The notes under the pieces: generated by a model
What the model was told of the DNA's origin: nothing
The model's input: the letters and a program-made list of their open reading frames with translations, nothing else
Databases searched by the model: none
Program-made: the position numbers and the translations under genes
DNA from: an uncultured Candidatus Saccharibacteria bacterium
GTDB lineage: Bacteria; Patescibacteriota; Minisyncoccia; UBA6257; 2-01-FULL-56-20
Assembly: GCA_964360585.1 (NCBI GenBank)
Contig: CAYHXC010000005.1
Span: 7,947 to 71,946 of the forward strand
Length of the DNA: 64,000 nt
Direction: 5' to 3'
In this document: one piece after another, positions 38,210-46,675 of the stretch
Position numbering within the stretch: position 1 is the first letter of the stretch
Layout: each line of letters opens with the position of its first letter

Positions 38210-39164
38210 GAAGATAAAAAACATCGTCACCATTGGCGGCGGGACAGGTACGTTTACGGTTCTCTCAGGGCTGAAGACTTTTCCTTTGAATCTTTCGGCT
38301 ATTGTTTCTATGTCTGACGATGGAGGATCGACCGGAATGTTACGGGACCAGTACGGTGTTCTGCCTCCTGGCGATATTCGCCGCGCTCTCGTAGCCCTGT
38401 CCGAATCCAGTGAAACACTCCGTGATCTTTTCAACTATCGTTTTGAAGAGGGTGGTTTGCATGGGTACAACTTCGGCAATCTTTTCTTGGCCGCGCTTGA
38501 AAAAGTAACCGGCGACTTCACCTCGGCCATCCGCGAGGCTTCAAATCTTCTGAGTATTAATGGTGAGGTGGTGCCCGTCACATTGGATGATGTTCGCTTG
38601 TATGCCAAGTTGATCGATGGAAAGATATTGCGTGGCGAAACGCGGATCGATATTCCCCGTACTGCCAATCGGCCGAAAATCGAAACGGTTTGGCTTGAAC
38701 CGACGGCGCGTATAAATCCCAGCGTCCGTCGGGTGCTCCATGTGGCTGACTTGATTATTATTGGCCCTGGAGATTTGTATACCAGTATCATTCCGAACCT
38801 CTTGGTCAAAGGTATGCCCGAAGTAATTCGCGACTCTAAGGCCAAAAAAGTGTATATCGGGAATATTATGACCAAGCAGGGCGAAACAGACGACTTCAAA
38901 GCTGAAGATTTTGTAACGGAAGTAGAAAAGTATCTTGGACAAGGTATCTTAGATTACGCTTTGTTTAATAAGAAAAGACCAAAGCCATCGACGCTCGCCC
39001 GATATCGTAAAAAGGGGGCGCATTTTATTGATGCTGGAACCATAAACCTGAAGAGTAAAAAGCCGAAGTATCTGAAAGCTGATCTTCTCGATCCGGGTCC
39101 ATTTATCCGTCACTCGCCCAAAAAGTTAGCGGAAGCGATTCTCGCGCTTTTCTCTCAGAAATAA
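38208..39164 (+). CDS. YvcK/GlmR (CofD-related) protein
   Basis: IGGGTG, DDGGSTG.LR, PPGDIR, GPGDLYTSIIPNL. Confidence 0.92.
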   Translation: MKIKNIVTIGGGTGTFTVLSGLKTFPLNLSAIVSMSDDGGSTGMLRDQYGVLPPGDIRRALVALSESSETLRDLFNYRFEEGGLHGYNFGNLFLAALEKVTGDFTSAIREASNLLSINGEVVPVTLDDVRLYAKLIDGKILRGETRIDIPRTANRPKIETVWLEPTARINPSVRRVLHVADLIIIGPGDLYTSIIPNLLVKGMPEVIRDSKAKKVYIGNIMTKQGETDDFKAEDFVTEVEKYLGQGILDYALFNKKRPKPSTLARYRKKGAHFIDAGTINLKSKKPKYLKADLLDPGPFIRHSPKKLAEAILALFSQK

Positions 39165-39208
39165 GAAAAGAGTTGCGGAAAGAGCTCGACTGCGGCTATA
39201 ATAGCGAG

Positions 39209-39880
39209 ATGAATAAAAATTCACTACTTGTAATCGCGGCCATCCTACTCTTAATTATTGGCGTATGGTACATCTTTTTTATGGAACCGCCCGGGAATCT
39301 CGAAAATGACACACAGCAGGAACTATCCGAACCCTATTCATTAGAAAATCAGACAAGTTCAAATACTGTAAAGACATCACAAAATAATACAACTCAATCA
39401 ATAACCATGCACACAATCGCACTCGATACTAATTACGGAAAGATCGTTTTCGAAACCTATGACGAAGATGCGCCGAAGACGGTTAATAACTTTATTACGC
39501 TCGCTAATAAAGGTTTCTATAATAACGTTGTTTTCCACAGGATTATTAAAGGATTTATGATTCAGGGCGGTGATCCGACAGGCACCGGTACAGGCGGCCC
39601 AGGATATGCATTTGCCGATGAGCTGAATCCGGCTACCCCTTCCTATAAAGCGGGCTACAAAAGAGGAGTAGTGGCCATGGCGAACGCCGGGCCAAATACC
39701 AATGGCAGTCAGTTCTTTATCATGCATCAGGACTATCCGTTACCGAATAGCTATTCCATTTTTGGGAAGGTTGTAGAGGGGCAGGAAGTGGTAGACAAAA
39801 TTGCGACTACCCCAAGAGATCGAAGCGATAGGCCATTAACGCCGGTAACTATCACTTCGGTAACTGTCTCGGACAAATAG
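39209..39880 (+). CDS. Membrane-anchored cyclophilin-type PPIase
   Basis: FHRIIKGFMIQGGDP, AMANAGPNTNGSQFFI; N-terminal TM. Confidence 0.95.
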   Translation: MNKNSLLVIAAILLLIIGVWYIFFMEPPGNLENDTQQELSEPYSLENQTSSNTVKTSQNNTTQSITMHTIALDTNYGKIVFETYDEDAPKTVNNFITLANKGFYNNVVFHRIIKGFMIQGGDPTGTGTGGPGYAFADELNPATPSYKAGYKRGVVAMANAGPNTNGSQFFIMHQDYPLPNSYSIFGKVVEGQEVVDKIATTPRDRSDRPLTPVTITSVTVSDK

Positions 39881-39886
39881 GAATGA

Positions 39887-40020
39887 ATCCCCACACCTAA
39901 CCGGAAATGAGGAATGAAAAAGTAATTAACCAATGAATCATATATCTTTTATAAAAGAGGCGAAAATTATCCTAGGATTTAGTCGCTTTAGAGCGACTGT
40001 TTCCGGTTAGGTGTGGGGAT
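39887..40020. repeat. CCCCACACC-family element, copy E (ends in the ABC ATPase ATG)
   Basis: atccccacacctaaccggaaa/tttccggttaggtgtggggat, perfect 21 bp. Confidence 0.9.
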
Positions 40021-40936
40021 GAAAGCACTCTCCGTTTCAAATCTCGAAAAAATATACGCCAATGGCGTTCAAGCCCTCAAGGGGGTTAGTCTCAATATTG
40101 AGGAGGGTGATTTTTTCGCGCTTCTTGGTCCGAATGGCGCTGGGAAAACGACGATTATTGGGATCACCTGTGGTCTCGTAAATAAAACCGGCGGCACCGT
40201 CCGGGTTTTTGGTCGCGACATTGATCAGTCGCTCGACGAGGCAAAGTCATTTATCGGTCTCGTGCCGCAAGAGATGAACTTCAATATTTTCGAACGCGTG
40301 GAGGATATTGTGGTGGATCAAGCCGGATTTTACGGTATTCCACAGTCGGTGGCTAGGAAAGATGCCGAGAAGTATCTGAAACAGCTTGGTCTTTGGGAGA
40401 AGCGAAACGATAAGTCCATGACACTCTCGGGCGGTATGAAACGGCGCCTCCTAATCGCCCGAGCCCTGATTCACCATCCCAAACTTTTAATCCTCGACGA
40501 ACCGACGGCCGGCGTGGATATCGAACTGCGTCGCGGTATGTGGGATTTTCTCCGCGAACTAACGAATGAAAAGGGGATTACGATTATTTTAACCACGCAT
40601 TACTTAGAAGAAGCAGAACAGCTCTGTAAAAACGTGGCCATTATTAATAAGGGTGAGATCGTGGAGCAGGGAAGTATGCAGAAAGTTCTCTCCGGTTTAA
40701 ATAAAGAAACGTTTATTCTCTATCTTAAAAATCCGATGACCGATCATGTACTTTCCGCCATTCACAAATTCCATCCGAAACGTGTGGACGACGCCACACT
40801 CGAAGCCAGTGTTTCGAATGGCGACACGGTGACTGAACTGATCGAGACGCTTAAAAATAATCAGATTCAGGTTGGCAGTATGCGGAACAAGTCGAACCGC
40901 CTTGAAGAAGTATTTGTGAGCCTTATTTCAAAATAA
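40019..40936 (+). CDS. ABC-2 transporter ATP-binding protein (YadG-like)
   Basis: GPNGAGKT, LSGGMKRR, LILDEPT, TTHY. Confidence 0.93.
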   Translation: MKALSVSNLEKIYANGVQALKGVSLNIEEGDFFALLGPNGAGKTTIIGITCGLVNKTGGTVRVFGRDIDQSLDEAKSFIGLVPQEMNFNIFERVEDIVVDQAGFYGIPQSVARKDAEKYLKQLGLWEKRNDKSMTLSGGMKRRLLIARALIHHPKLLILDEPTAGVDIELRRGMWDFLRELTNEKGITIILTTHYLEEAEQLCKNVAIINKGEIVEQGSMQKVLSGLNKETFILYLKNPMTDHVLSAIHKFHPKRVDDATLEASVSNGDTVTELIETLKNNQIQVGSMRNKSNRLEEVFVSLISK

Positions 40937-41709
40937 TGAGTAACAAACGCATATTCATTGCCTTTATGACCATCGTCCGGCGCGAAGTCGGCCGTTTCTT
41001 CCGTATCTGGACGCAGACGATGTTGCCTTCAGTTGTTACGTCTGTTCTCTACTTCTTGATCTTCGGCGCTTTTATCGGCTCGCAGGTCCGGCCGATTAGT
41101 GGCGTTTCCTATATGGAGTTTATCGTGCCTGGATTAGTCATGATGGCAGTTATCACGAACTCTTTCCAAAATGTGGTTGGCTCATTTTTCACCTCCAAAT
41201 TTATGAAAAGTATTGAGGAAATCTTAGTCTCACCAATGCCCTCGTGGGTAATCATTGCTGGTTATACGACTGGCGGTGTTTTGCGTGGGGTGGTGGTCGG
41301 CGCTTTAGTACTCATCGTCTCACTTTTTTTTACCAGTATTTCTATTACTCACCTTGGTCTCGTTATCCTCTTCATGGTTTTAACGGCATTTCTTTTTTCC
41401 TTCGCTGGACTCTTTAACGCGCTTTTTGCCAAGAACTTTGATCAGATCTCGATCATTCCGGTTTTCGTTTTAACACCGCTAACGTACCTCGGGGGAGTGT
41501 TCTACTCCGTGAAAGCCTTGCCGGCATTTTGGCAAAATCTTTCCTATCTTAATCCGATTCTCTACATGGTAAATGGTTTCCGTTACGGTTTCTCTGGAAT
41601 TTCCGATGTAAATATTACTTCCGGCCTCCTTATCCTTGTCGGCCTTAATGCTATTCTGGCCTTTGTCGACTGGCGTCTTATCGAAAAAGGTGTGGGGCTG
41701 AAGAATTAA
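40936..41709 (+). CDS. ABC-2 transporter permease (YadH-like)
   Basis: RIWTQT, YMEFIVPGL, TPLTYLGGVFYS, NPILYMVNGFRYG. Confidence 0.93.
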   Translation: MSNKRIFIAFMTIVRREVGRFFRIWTQTMLPSVVTSVLYFLIFGAFIGSQVRPISGVSYMEFIVPGLVMMAVITNSFQNVVGSFFTSKFMKSIEEILVSPMPSWVIIAGYTTGGVLRGVVVGALVLIVSLFFTSISITHLGLVILFMVLTAFLFSFAGLFNALFAKNFDQISIIPVFVLTPLTYLGGVFYSVKALPAFWQNLSYLNPILYMVNGFRYGFSGISDVNITSGLLILVGLNAILAFVDWRLIEKGVGLKN

Positions 41710-41739
41710 AATAAAAGAAAAAGCCGCCTTTGAGAGCGG

Positions 41740-42036
41740 CTAGCGGAGCAAACTTGAAGCAAAGAGAGGAGGTTCAGGTGGGAACTCGTCAAGACCTTTC
41801 AGGGTCCACCCTCCCAGTTCCCAAGCTTCTTGAATGTCAGTGAATGAGACTTCGTCACAGTAGATCTCGGTCGGTTGATCGTCGATATGGTGACGAAGAT
41901 ACGTAATCACCACATCGGCAGATCCGATAAAAACGAGATCGTCCATTTTAGGATTTGCATCCGTAACCCACTCGCGTTCTATGTGCCAGGACTGGTCTCC
42001 GTGTTCGTGGAAGACAAGTAGTTTGAACCGAGCCAT
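41740..42036 (-). CDS. Hypothetical protein
   Basis: AGGAGG SD; own promoter-like sequence. Confidence 0.6.
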   Translation of the reverse strand: MARFKLLVFHEHGDQSWHIEREWVTDANPKMDDLVFIGSADVVITYLRHHIDDQPTEIYCDEVSFTDIQEAWELGGWTLKGLDEFPPEPPLFASSLLR

Positions 42037-42240
42037 CCAACCTCCTGCGATTAACTATATAGATACTATAATTTCAGCCTATAAATACCAAGCCCTTGCT
42101 TTTTTTAGAGGGATATGGTATAGTGCCTGTGTAAGTGTTTCTCCAGGCGTTTCTTTCCTGTCGTGCTTCATTATGTAAGCTGATGGAATAGGTAGCCGTA
42201 ATAAAGAGAAGAGGTCGGCTTACATAACGACGAACGTACA

Positions 42241-42531
42241 ATGGCAAAAAGATTATACGTTGGCGGATTACCGTATTCTACATCAGATGCGGAGCTCAAA
42301 GACGCGTTTATGCGCGCCGGAAACGTCGAGTCGGCTACAGTCATCATGGATAAGATGACCGGCCGCTCGAAGGGCTTCGGATTTGTGGAGATGTCAAACG
42401 ACGACGATGCAGACAAGGCTATTACCATGTGGAATGGCCAGGAGCTCGGCGGACGACGGTTGACCGTGAACGAAGCTCGTCCGATGGAGGCTCGCGCCCC
42501 GCGGACTGGCGGCTACGGAATGCGGAACTAG
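42241..42531 (+). CDS. RRM RNA-binding protein
   Basis: RNP2 LYVGGL, RNP1 KGFGFVEM, LTVNEARP. Confidence 0.95.
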   Translation: MAKRLYVGGLPYSTSDAELKDAFMRAGNVESATVIMDKMTGRSKGFGFVEMSNDDDADKAITMWNGQELGGRRLTVNEARPMEARAPRTGGYGMRN

Positions 42532-42554
42532 TTTTCGCTCTGTGGTTTTAAAGG

Positions 42555-42583
42555 AAAACCCCGATTTATTTCGGGGTTTTTCT
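42555..42583 (+). terminator. Intrinsic terminator
   Basis: aaaaccccga...tcggggtttt. Confidence 0.8.
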
Positions 42584-42618
42584 ATTATCCGTGTATTGCT
42601 TAGGAGTAATTACTTATT

Positions 42619-42734
42619 GTCATTGCGAGGAGCGTAGCGACCGCGGCAATCTCCTGCCTCTTTTTTCATCTTGAGATTGCCACGCCCTGCGGGCTCCCTC
42701 CTACGCTAAAGCTGCGGACGGGCAGGCGCATGAC
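42619..42734. repeat. GTCATTGCG element (copy 3), nested insert in the right arm
   Basis: gtcattgcgaggagcgtagcgaccgcggcaatctc...gagattgccacg...[ccctcctacgctaaagctgcggacgggcagg]cgcatgac. Confidence 0.8.
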
Positions 42735-42740
42735 AATTCT

Positions 42741-43160
42741 ATGAGTTATCATAAAAAGATGTTTAAGCGCTACAGTCTTATTTTTGTCGTGGCCTTTGTT
42801 TTGAATCTCATCTGGGAAAATCTCCACTCGTTTTTATATCTGAACTATCAAGGCGGACCGATTACCGAACTGATTCTCCTCCGCGCTACACTTTTCGATG
42901 CAGTTTTTATCACACTCCTTTTCTTACTGACCGATTCTCTAAAACTGAAAAATAGAGGATTGTATATACAGATTGGCTTAAGTTTTCTCGTTACTGTTTT
43001 AATTGAGGTTTTTGCGCTCGCGACGACTCGTTGGGTCTATGGTTTATACATGCCAATTATTCCATTTCTCGAAGTTGGTTTTACGCCGATTCTTCAACTG
43101 CCCCTTCTGACTTGGCTTACGGGGCGGCTAGTCTTGACTTCCTCTCAAAGAAAGATATAA
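42741..43160 (+). CDS. Membrane protein, hypothetical
   Basis: 4 TM; FVLNLIWENLH..LY; PILQ. Confidence 0.7.
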   Translation: MSYHKKMFKRYSLIFVVAFVLNLIWENLHSFLYLNYQGGPITELILLRATLFDAVFITLLFLLTDSLKLKNRGLYIQIGLSFLVTVLIEVFALATTRWVYGLYMPIIPFLEVGFTPILQLPLLTWLTGRLVLTSSQRKI

Positions 43161-43324
43161 AGAGTACGTTCAGGCCAAACGCTTGGGCGGAGTATTGGTA
43201 AGACTCCTTAAAGAACTTCCTGACTACACCGCAAAAGGTGCGGCAGTGGGGGGTTGTTTAAGCAGTATTTTCGCTTGACCCCTTACCAAAACAACAGCTC
43301 TTCGACAAGAGAAGAGGAGGAGTA

Positions 43325-43672
43325 ATGACTAAACTTTTAGAGCGAGTTCTTTTTGTGGTGCCGTTCTTGATGATTGCGATATCTGTTTGGAGTGGCAGGG
43401 GGTTTGAGGAGACTATTAAGACTGAGCTCTTTCTTTCCGGAATAAGTTTGTTTTTTGTTCTCTTCCTTTCCTCTTTAGGAACTACGCCTACCGCCCGCTC
43501 ACGGGGCGGACTATTCCCAGATTCCGGTCTTTTGGACAAGACACCCTGGCAAGTGGTGGGGATGATTTTGTTTACGATGCGATGGTTTATTGCCGCTCAA
43601 GGGGTTTTGGTTGTGGGACTTGTTATTTACTGGTGTCTAGCTGAGCCTCAATCATTCGAAATACGTCACTAA
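43325..43672 (+). CDS. Membrane protein, hypothetical
   Basis: GAGGAGG SD, hydrophobic segments, downstream terminator. Confidence 0.6.
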   Translation: MTKLLERVLFVVPFLMIAISVWSGRGFEETIKTELFLSGISLFFVLFLSSLGTTPTARSRGGLFPDSGLLDKTPWQVVGMILFTMRWFIAAQGVLVVGLVIYWCLAEPQSFEIRH

Positions 43673-43808
43673 TTTCTTTATCCTTCCGATTATTCGGGAG
43701 GTTTTTATTTTCGCTTGCGTAAGTAGGACATTTCTGATATAGTTTTTTCGCTGAAAACATCTGCGAACGCAGCTGTTTTTATTCTAAGAGGGATACTCAA
43801 TTGAACGA

Positions 43809-43940
43809 ATCCCCACACCTATTGGGAAATCTAGGAAAAAATCAACGAGTTAATTATTTATTTATCTATGCAAAAGTCGTCAATTTATAACTTAGGGTAT
43901 GGCCGTCCGCAAACGGCTGTTTCCCAATAGGTGTGGGGAT
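43809..43940. repeat. CCCCACACC-family element, copy F (ends in the typA ATG)
   Basis: atccccacacctattgggaaa/tttcccaataggtgtggggat, perfect 21 bp. Confidence 0.9.
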
Positions 43941-45753
43941 GAACATCAGAAATGTAGCAATCATCGCGCACGTTGACCACGGGAAGACCACGCTCGTGGA
44001 TGCTTTATTGCGGCAGTCTTTGACCAAGATGCGGAAGGAGGTGTCCGATAAGGATCTGATTATGGATTCGAACGAACTTGAAAAGGAGCGCGGTATTACT
44101 ATTTTTTCTAAAAACGCTTCGGTTAACTGGAAGGGGACGAAGATTAATATTATCGATACGCCGGGCCACGCGGATTTTGGCGGCGAGGTGGAGCGGGTTT
44201 TGAAAATGGCGGACGGTTGTCTACTTCTAATCGATGCCAAAGAAGGTCCAATGCCGCAAACACGGTTTGTCTTGCGTCGGGCGTTGGCCATGAAGCACAA
44301 GATTATTGTTGTTGTTAACAAGATCGACAAACCAGATGCGCGCATTCCGTATGTGCTTGATAAAACGATTGATTTATTTTTGGAATTGGGCGGCGAGCAT
44401 GTGGATATTGATTTTCCAGTTGTCTACGCCTCGGCCAAGAATGGCTTAGCAGGACTGGAGCCGGATCTCTCGAAGATGACCGACATTTTGCCGATCTTTG
44501 AAGCGGTGATGAAAGAAATTCCTGAGCCAAAAGATGATCCGACCAAGCCACTCCAAATGCTCGTCACGACCATTTCCGGCGATGACTTCAAGGGCAGAAT
44601 TGCGACGGGTCGAATATTCAACGGTGTGATTAAGTCCGGCGGCGAGGTGATGCACATTAATCGCGAAGGGGTGATGAAAAAGCACCGCTTGGTGTCCTTG
44701 ATGACCTTTGAGGGTTTGGAGCGGATTGACGTCAAGGAGGCCCAGGCGGGCGATATTGTGGGCATTTCGGGTATTCCGGAGATTACGATCGGGGAAACCA
44801 TTGCCGACATAAACTCGCCGGTCGCTTTGCCCCTTTTGGATATTGAGGAGCCGACAGTCAAAATGACCTTCAGTATTAATGATTCGCCATTTGCGGGAAA
44901 AGAAGGACAGTTTACAACCTCGCGTCAGATTCGCGAACGTTTGAACCGCGAATTGGAATCCGACATGGCTTTGCGCGTTGATGAAACGCCGGATGCAAAG
45001 TGGATTATATCCGGCCGCGGCGAACTACACTTAGCGATTTTTATCGAGCGATTACGTCGCGAAGGGTATGAGTTTTTGGTTTCGCGACCGCAGGTAATCG
45101 TGAAAGAAGTGAACGGCAAAGATCACGTGCCGTTTGAGCGTGTGTTTCTTGAAGTTCCCGAAGCTTACTATGGTGCGGTCATCCAGAAGCTCGGCAGTCG
45201 CCATGGCGACATGAAAGATATGCGCACCGAAAATGGCACCGCTTTTCTAGAGTTTTCAATTCCAACGCGCGGACTCTTCGGCTATCGCAACGAATTTTTA
45301 ACCGACACTCGTGGTTTGGGAATTATGAATACCATGTTTGATGAGTATAAAATCGATCCGCAAACCTGGAAGGATACGCCTCGTGGTTCTTTAGTGGTTC
45401 ACGAGACTGGTATTTCACGACTCTACGGTCTGATCAACGTTCAGGACAGGGGAATTTTATTTATCGGTCCGGGCATCGAAGTCTATAAGGGTCAGGTAGT
45501 GGGACAGAATGCGCGCGAACAGGATATCCGTATCAACATTTGTAAGGAAAAAGAACTCTCGAACATGCGTTCCAAGAATGATGGCGCGACCGAACACTTC
45601 GATACTCCCAAAGAAATGAACCTAGAGGATTCCTTGGAATATATCAGCGATGACGAACTGGTTGAAGTAACGCCAAAAAGCGTTCGCATCCGCAAAATGA
45701 TTTTGGACGAGTCTGAAGAAAAGCGTTTGAAATCGCTGGGATTGAAGAAATAA
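43939..45753 (+). CDS. typA: Translational GTPase TypA/BipA
   Basis: IRNVAIIAHVDHGKTT, DTPGHADFGGEVER, GRGELHL, EVTPKSVRIRK. Confidence 0.98.
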   Translation: MNIRNVAIIAHVDHGKTTLVDALLRQSLTKMRKEVSDKDLIMDSNELEKERGITIFSKNASVNWKGTKINIIDTPGHADFGGEVERVLKMADGCLLLIDAKEGPMPQTRFVLRRALAMKHKIIVVVNKIDKPDARIPYVLDKTIDLFLELGGEHVDIDFPVVYASAKNGLAGLEPDLSKMTDILPIFEAVMKEIPEPKDDPTKPLQMLVTTISGDDFKGRIATGRIFNGVIKSGGEVMHINREGVMKKHRLVSLMTFEGLERIDVKEAQAGDIVGISGIPEITIGETIADINSPVALPLLDIEEPTVKMTFSINDSPFAGKEGQFTTSRQIRERLNRELESDMALRVDETPDAKWIISGRGELHLAIFIERLRREGYEFLVSRPQVIVKEVNGKDHVPFERVFLEVPEAYYGAVIQKLGSRHGDMKDMRTENGTAFLEFSIPTRGLFGYRNEFLTDTRGLGIMNTMFDEYKIDPQTWKDTPRGSLVVHETGISRLYGLINVQDRGILFIGPGIEVYKGQVVGQNAREQDIRINICKEKELSNMRSKNDGATEHFDTPKEMNLEDSLEYISDDELVEVTPKSVRIRKMILDESEEKRLKSLGLKK

Positions 45754-45792
45754 AAATCTCAGAGTTATCTGAGATTGGCGCGTCCGTCGAAG

Positions 45793-46092
45793 TTATCTAA
45801 GGGATTCGACCGTTCCTTCTCGGGAGTCGGTGAAGTAAGTGGCTACGAAAAGACGACCTGTCATTTCCTCGCTTACTCCCTGGCGTGCAACCACACCCTG
45901 GATGACCCACTCCCTGGCTTCACCAGCGTCCGGCGTTATTTTCTTTCGGGTTACACTGGTGATTCTGACAAAGATGCGAGTAACCTGTGGGTGACCTGCC
46001 AGAGTGAAGCTCACTGCATGTCCTTCGTAGAGTGAGCCAAGAAGCAGACCCCATTTCCCTGGTCCTTGAACTATTTTGACGATTGATGCCAT
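45793..46092 (-). CDS. Hypothetical protein
   Basis: AAAGGGG SD; 99 aa. Confidence 0.6.
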   Translation of the reverse strand: MASIVKIVQGPGKWGLLLGSLYEGHAVSFTLAGHPQVTRIFVRITSVTRKKITPDAGEAREWVIQGVVARQGVSEEMTGRLFVATYFTDSREGTVESLR

Positions 46093-46185
46093 ACGGCACC
46101 CCTTTCTGCCCATACGGGCAATGTTAGCTACCCACAGACTACCTCATTCACCTACTTTTTCAATAGTCAAAGTAAAGATCCGCGT

Positions 46186-46278
46186 GTTATTGCGAGAAAC
46201 GTAGTGACGTGGCAATCTTTTAAAACACTTTAGATTGCCGCGCTTCGTCGAGATTAACTCGACTTCGCTCGCAATGAC
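46186..46278. repeat. GTCATTGCG element (copy 4)
   Basis: gttattgcgag...ggcaatct / agattgcc...ctcgcaatgac. Confidence 0.8.
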
Positions 46279-46421
46279 AAATACCAGCTTACCTAAAGTC
46301 ACCATTCAATGGATTCGGTATACTCACCACAAGCAAGCTCATGGCAAGTCATGACGAACTTAGGTAAGGGCCCGCAGAGTGATTTTGATCACCTCCTTTC
46401 GCGGGCGGTTGAGGTCAGGAT

Positions 46422-46589
46422 TCAGTCGGAAGGAAGCTGCCAGTCATGATTGGGGTCAGGTACGAAGGCCAATGCAAGCATGCCTTGACCGTCCTGGCTC
46501 ATGCCAGTCTGCCGGACTAGCCAGCCTCCGTGAATTTTCAGCCTTGACGTCACGTCTACTCCGATTCGGAGCACTTCTTCCCATTCCAT
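46422..46589 (-). CDS. 55-aa small protein (not in ORF track)
   Basis: AGGAGG SD; MEWEEVLRIGVDVTSRLKIHGGWLVRQTGMSQDGQGMLALAFVPDPNHDWQLPSD*; consensus promoter upstream. Confidence 0.8.
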   Translation of the reverse strand: MEWEEVLRIGVDVTSRLKIHGGWLVRQTGMSQDGQGMLALAFVPDPNHDWQLPSD

Positions 46590-46611
46590 ATATCAATTCC
46601 TCCTATTTTTT

Positions 46612-46639
46612 ATTATAGCATATAGTTCTAATATGTCAA
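46612..46639 (-). promoter_or_regulatory. Consensus sigma70 promoter with extended -10
   Basis: Minus strand TTGACA-16 nt (ending TGc)-TATAAT. Confidence 0.8.
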
Positions 46640-46675
46640 GTTGTAACACATATATATTGAGTTATCCTAAATCAC

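Noticed and set aside
43165-43260. Riboswitch-like hairpins upstream of the 43325 ORF
   Set aside because: Only two short stems, with no aptamer consensus I can recognise.
46368-46590. SRP RNA or 6S RNA (gtcggaaggaagctgc resembles the SRP CCGGAAGGAAGCAGC motif)
   Set aside because: The flanking helix does not form convincingly, and the opposite strand is a clean ORF with SD and a consensus promoter.
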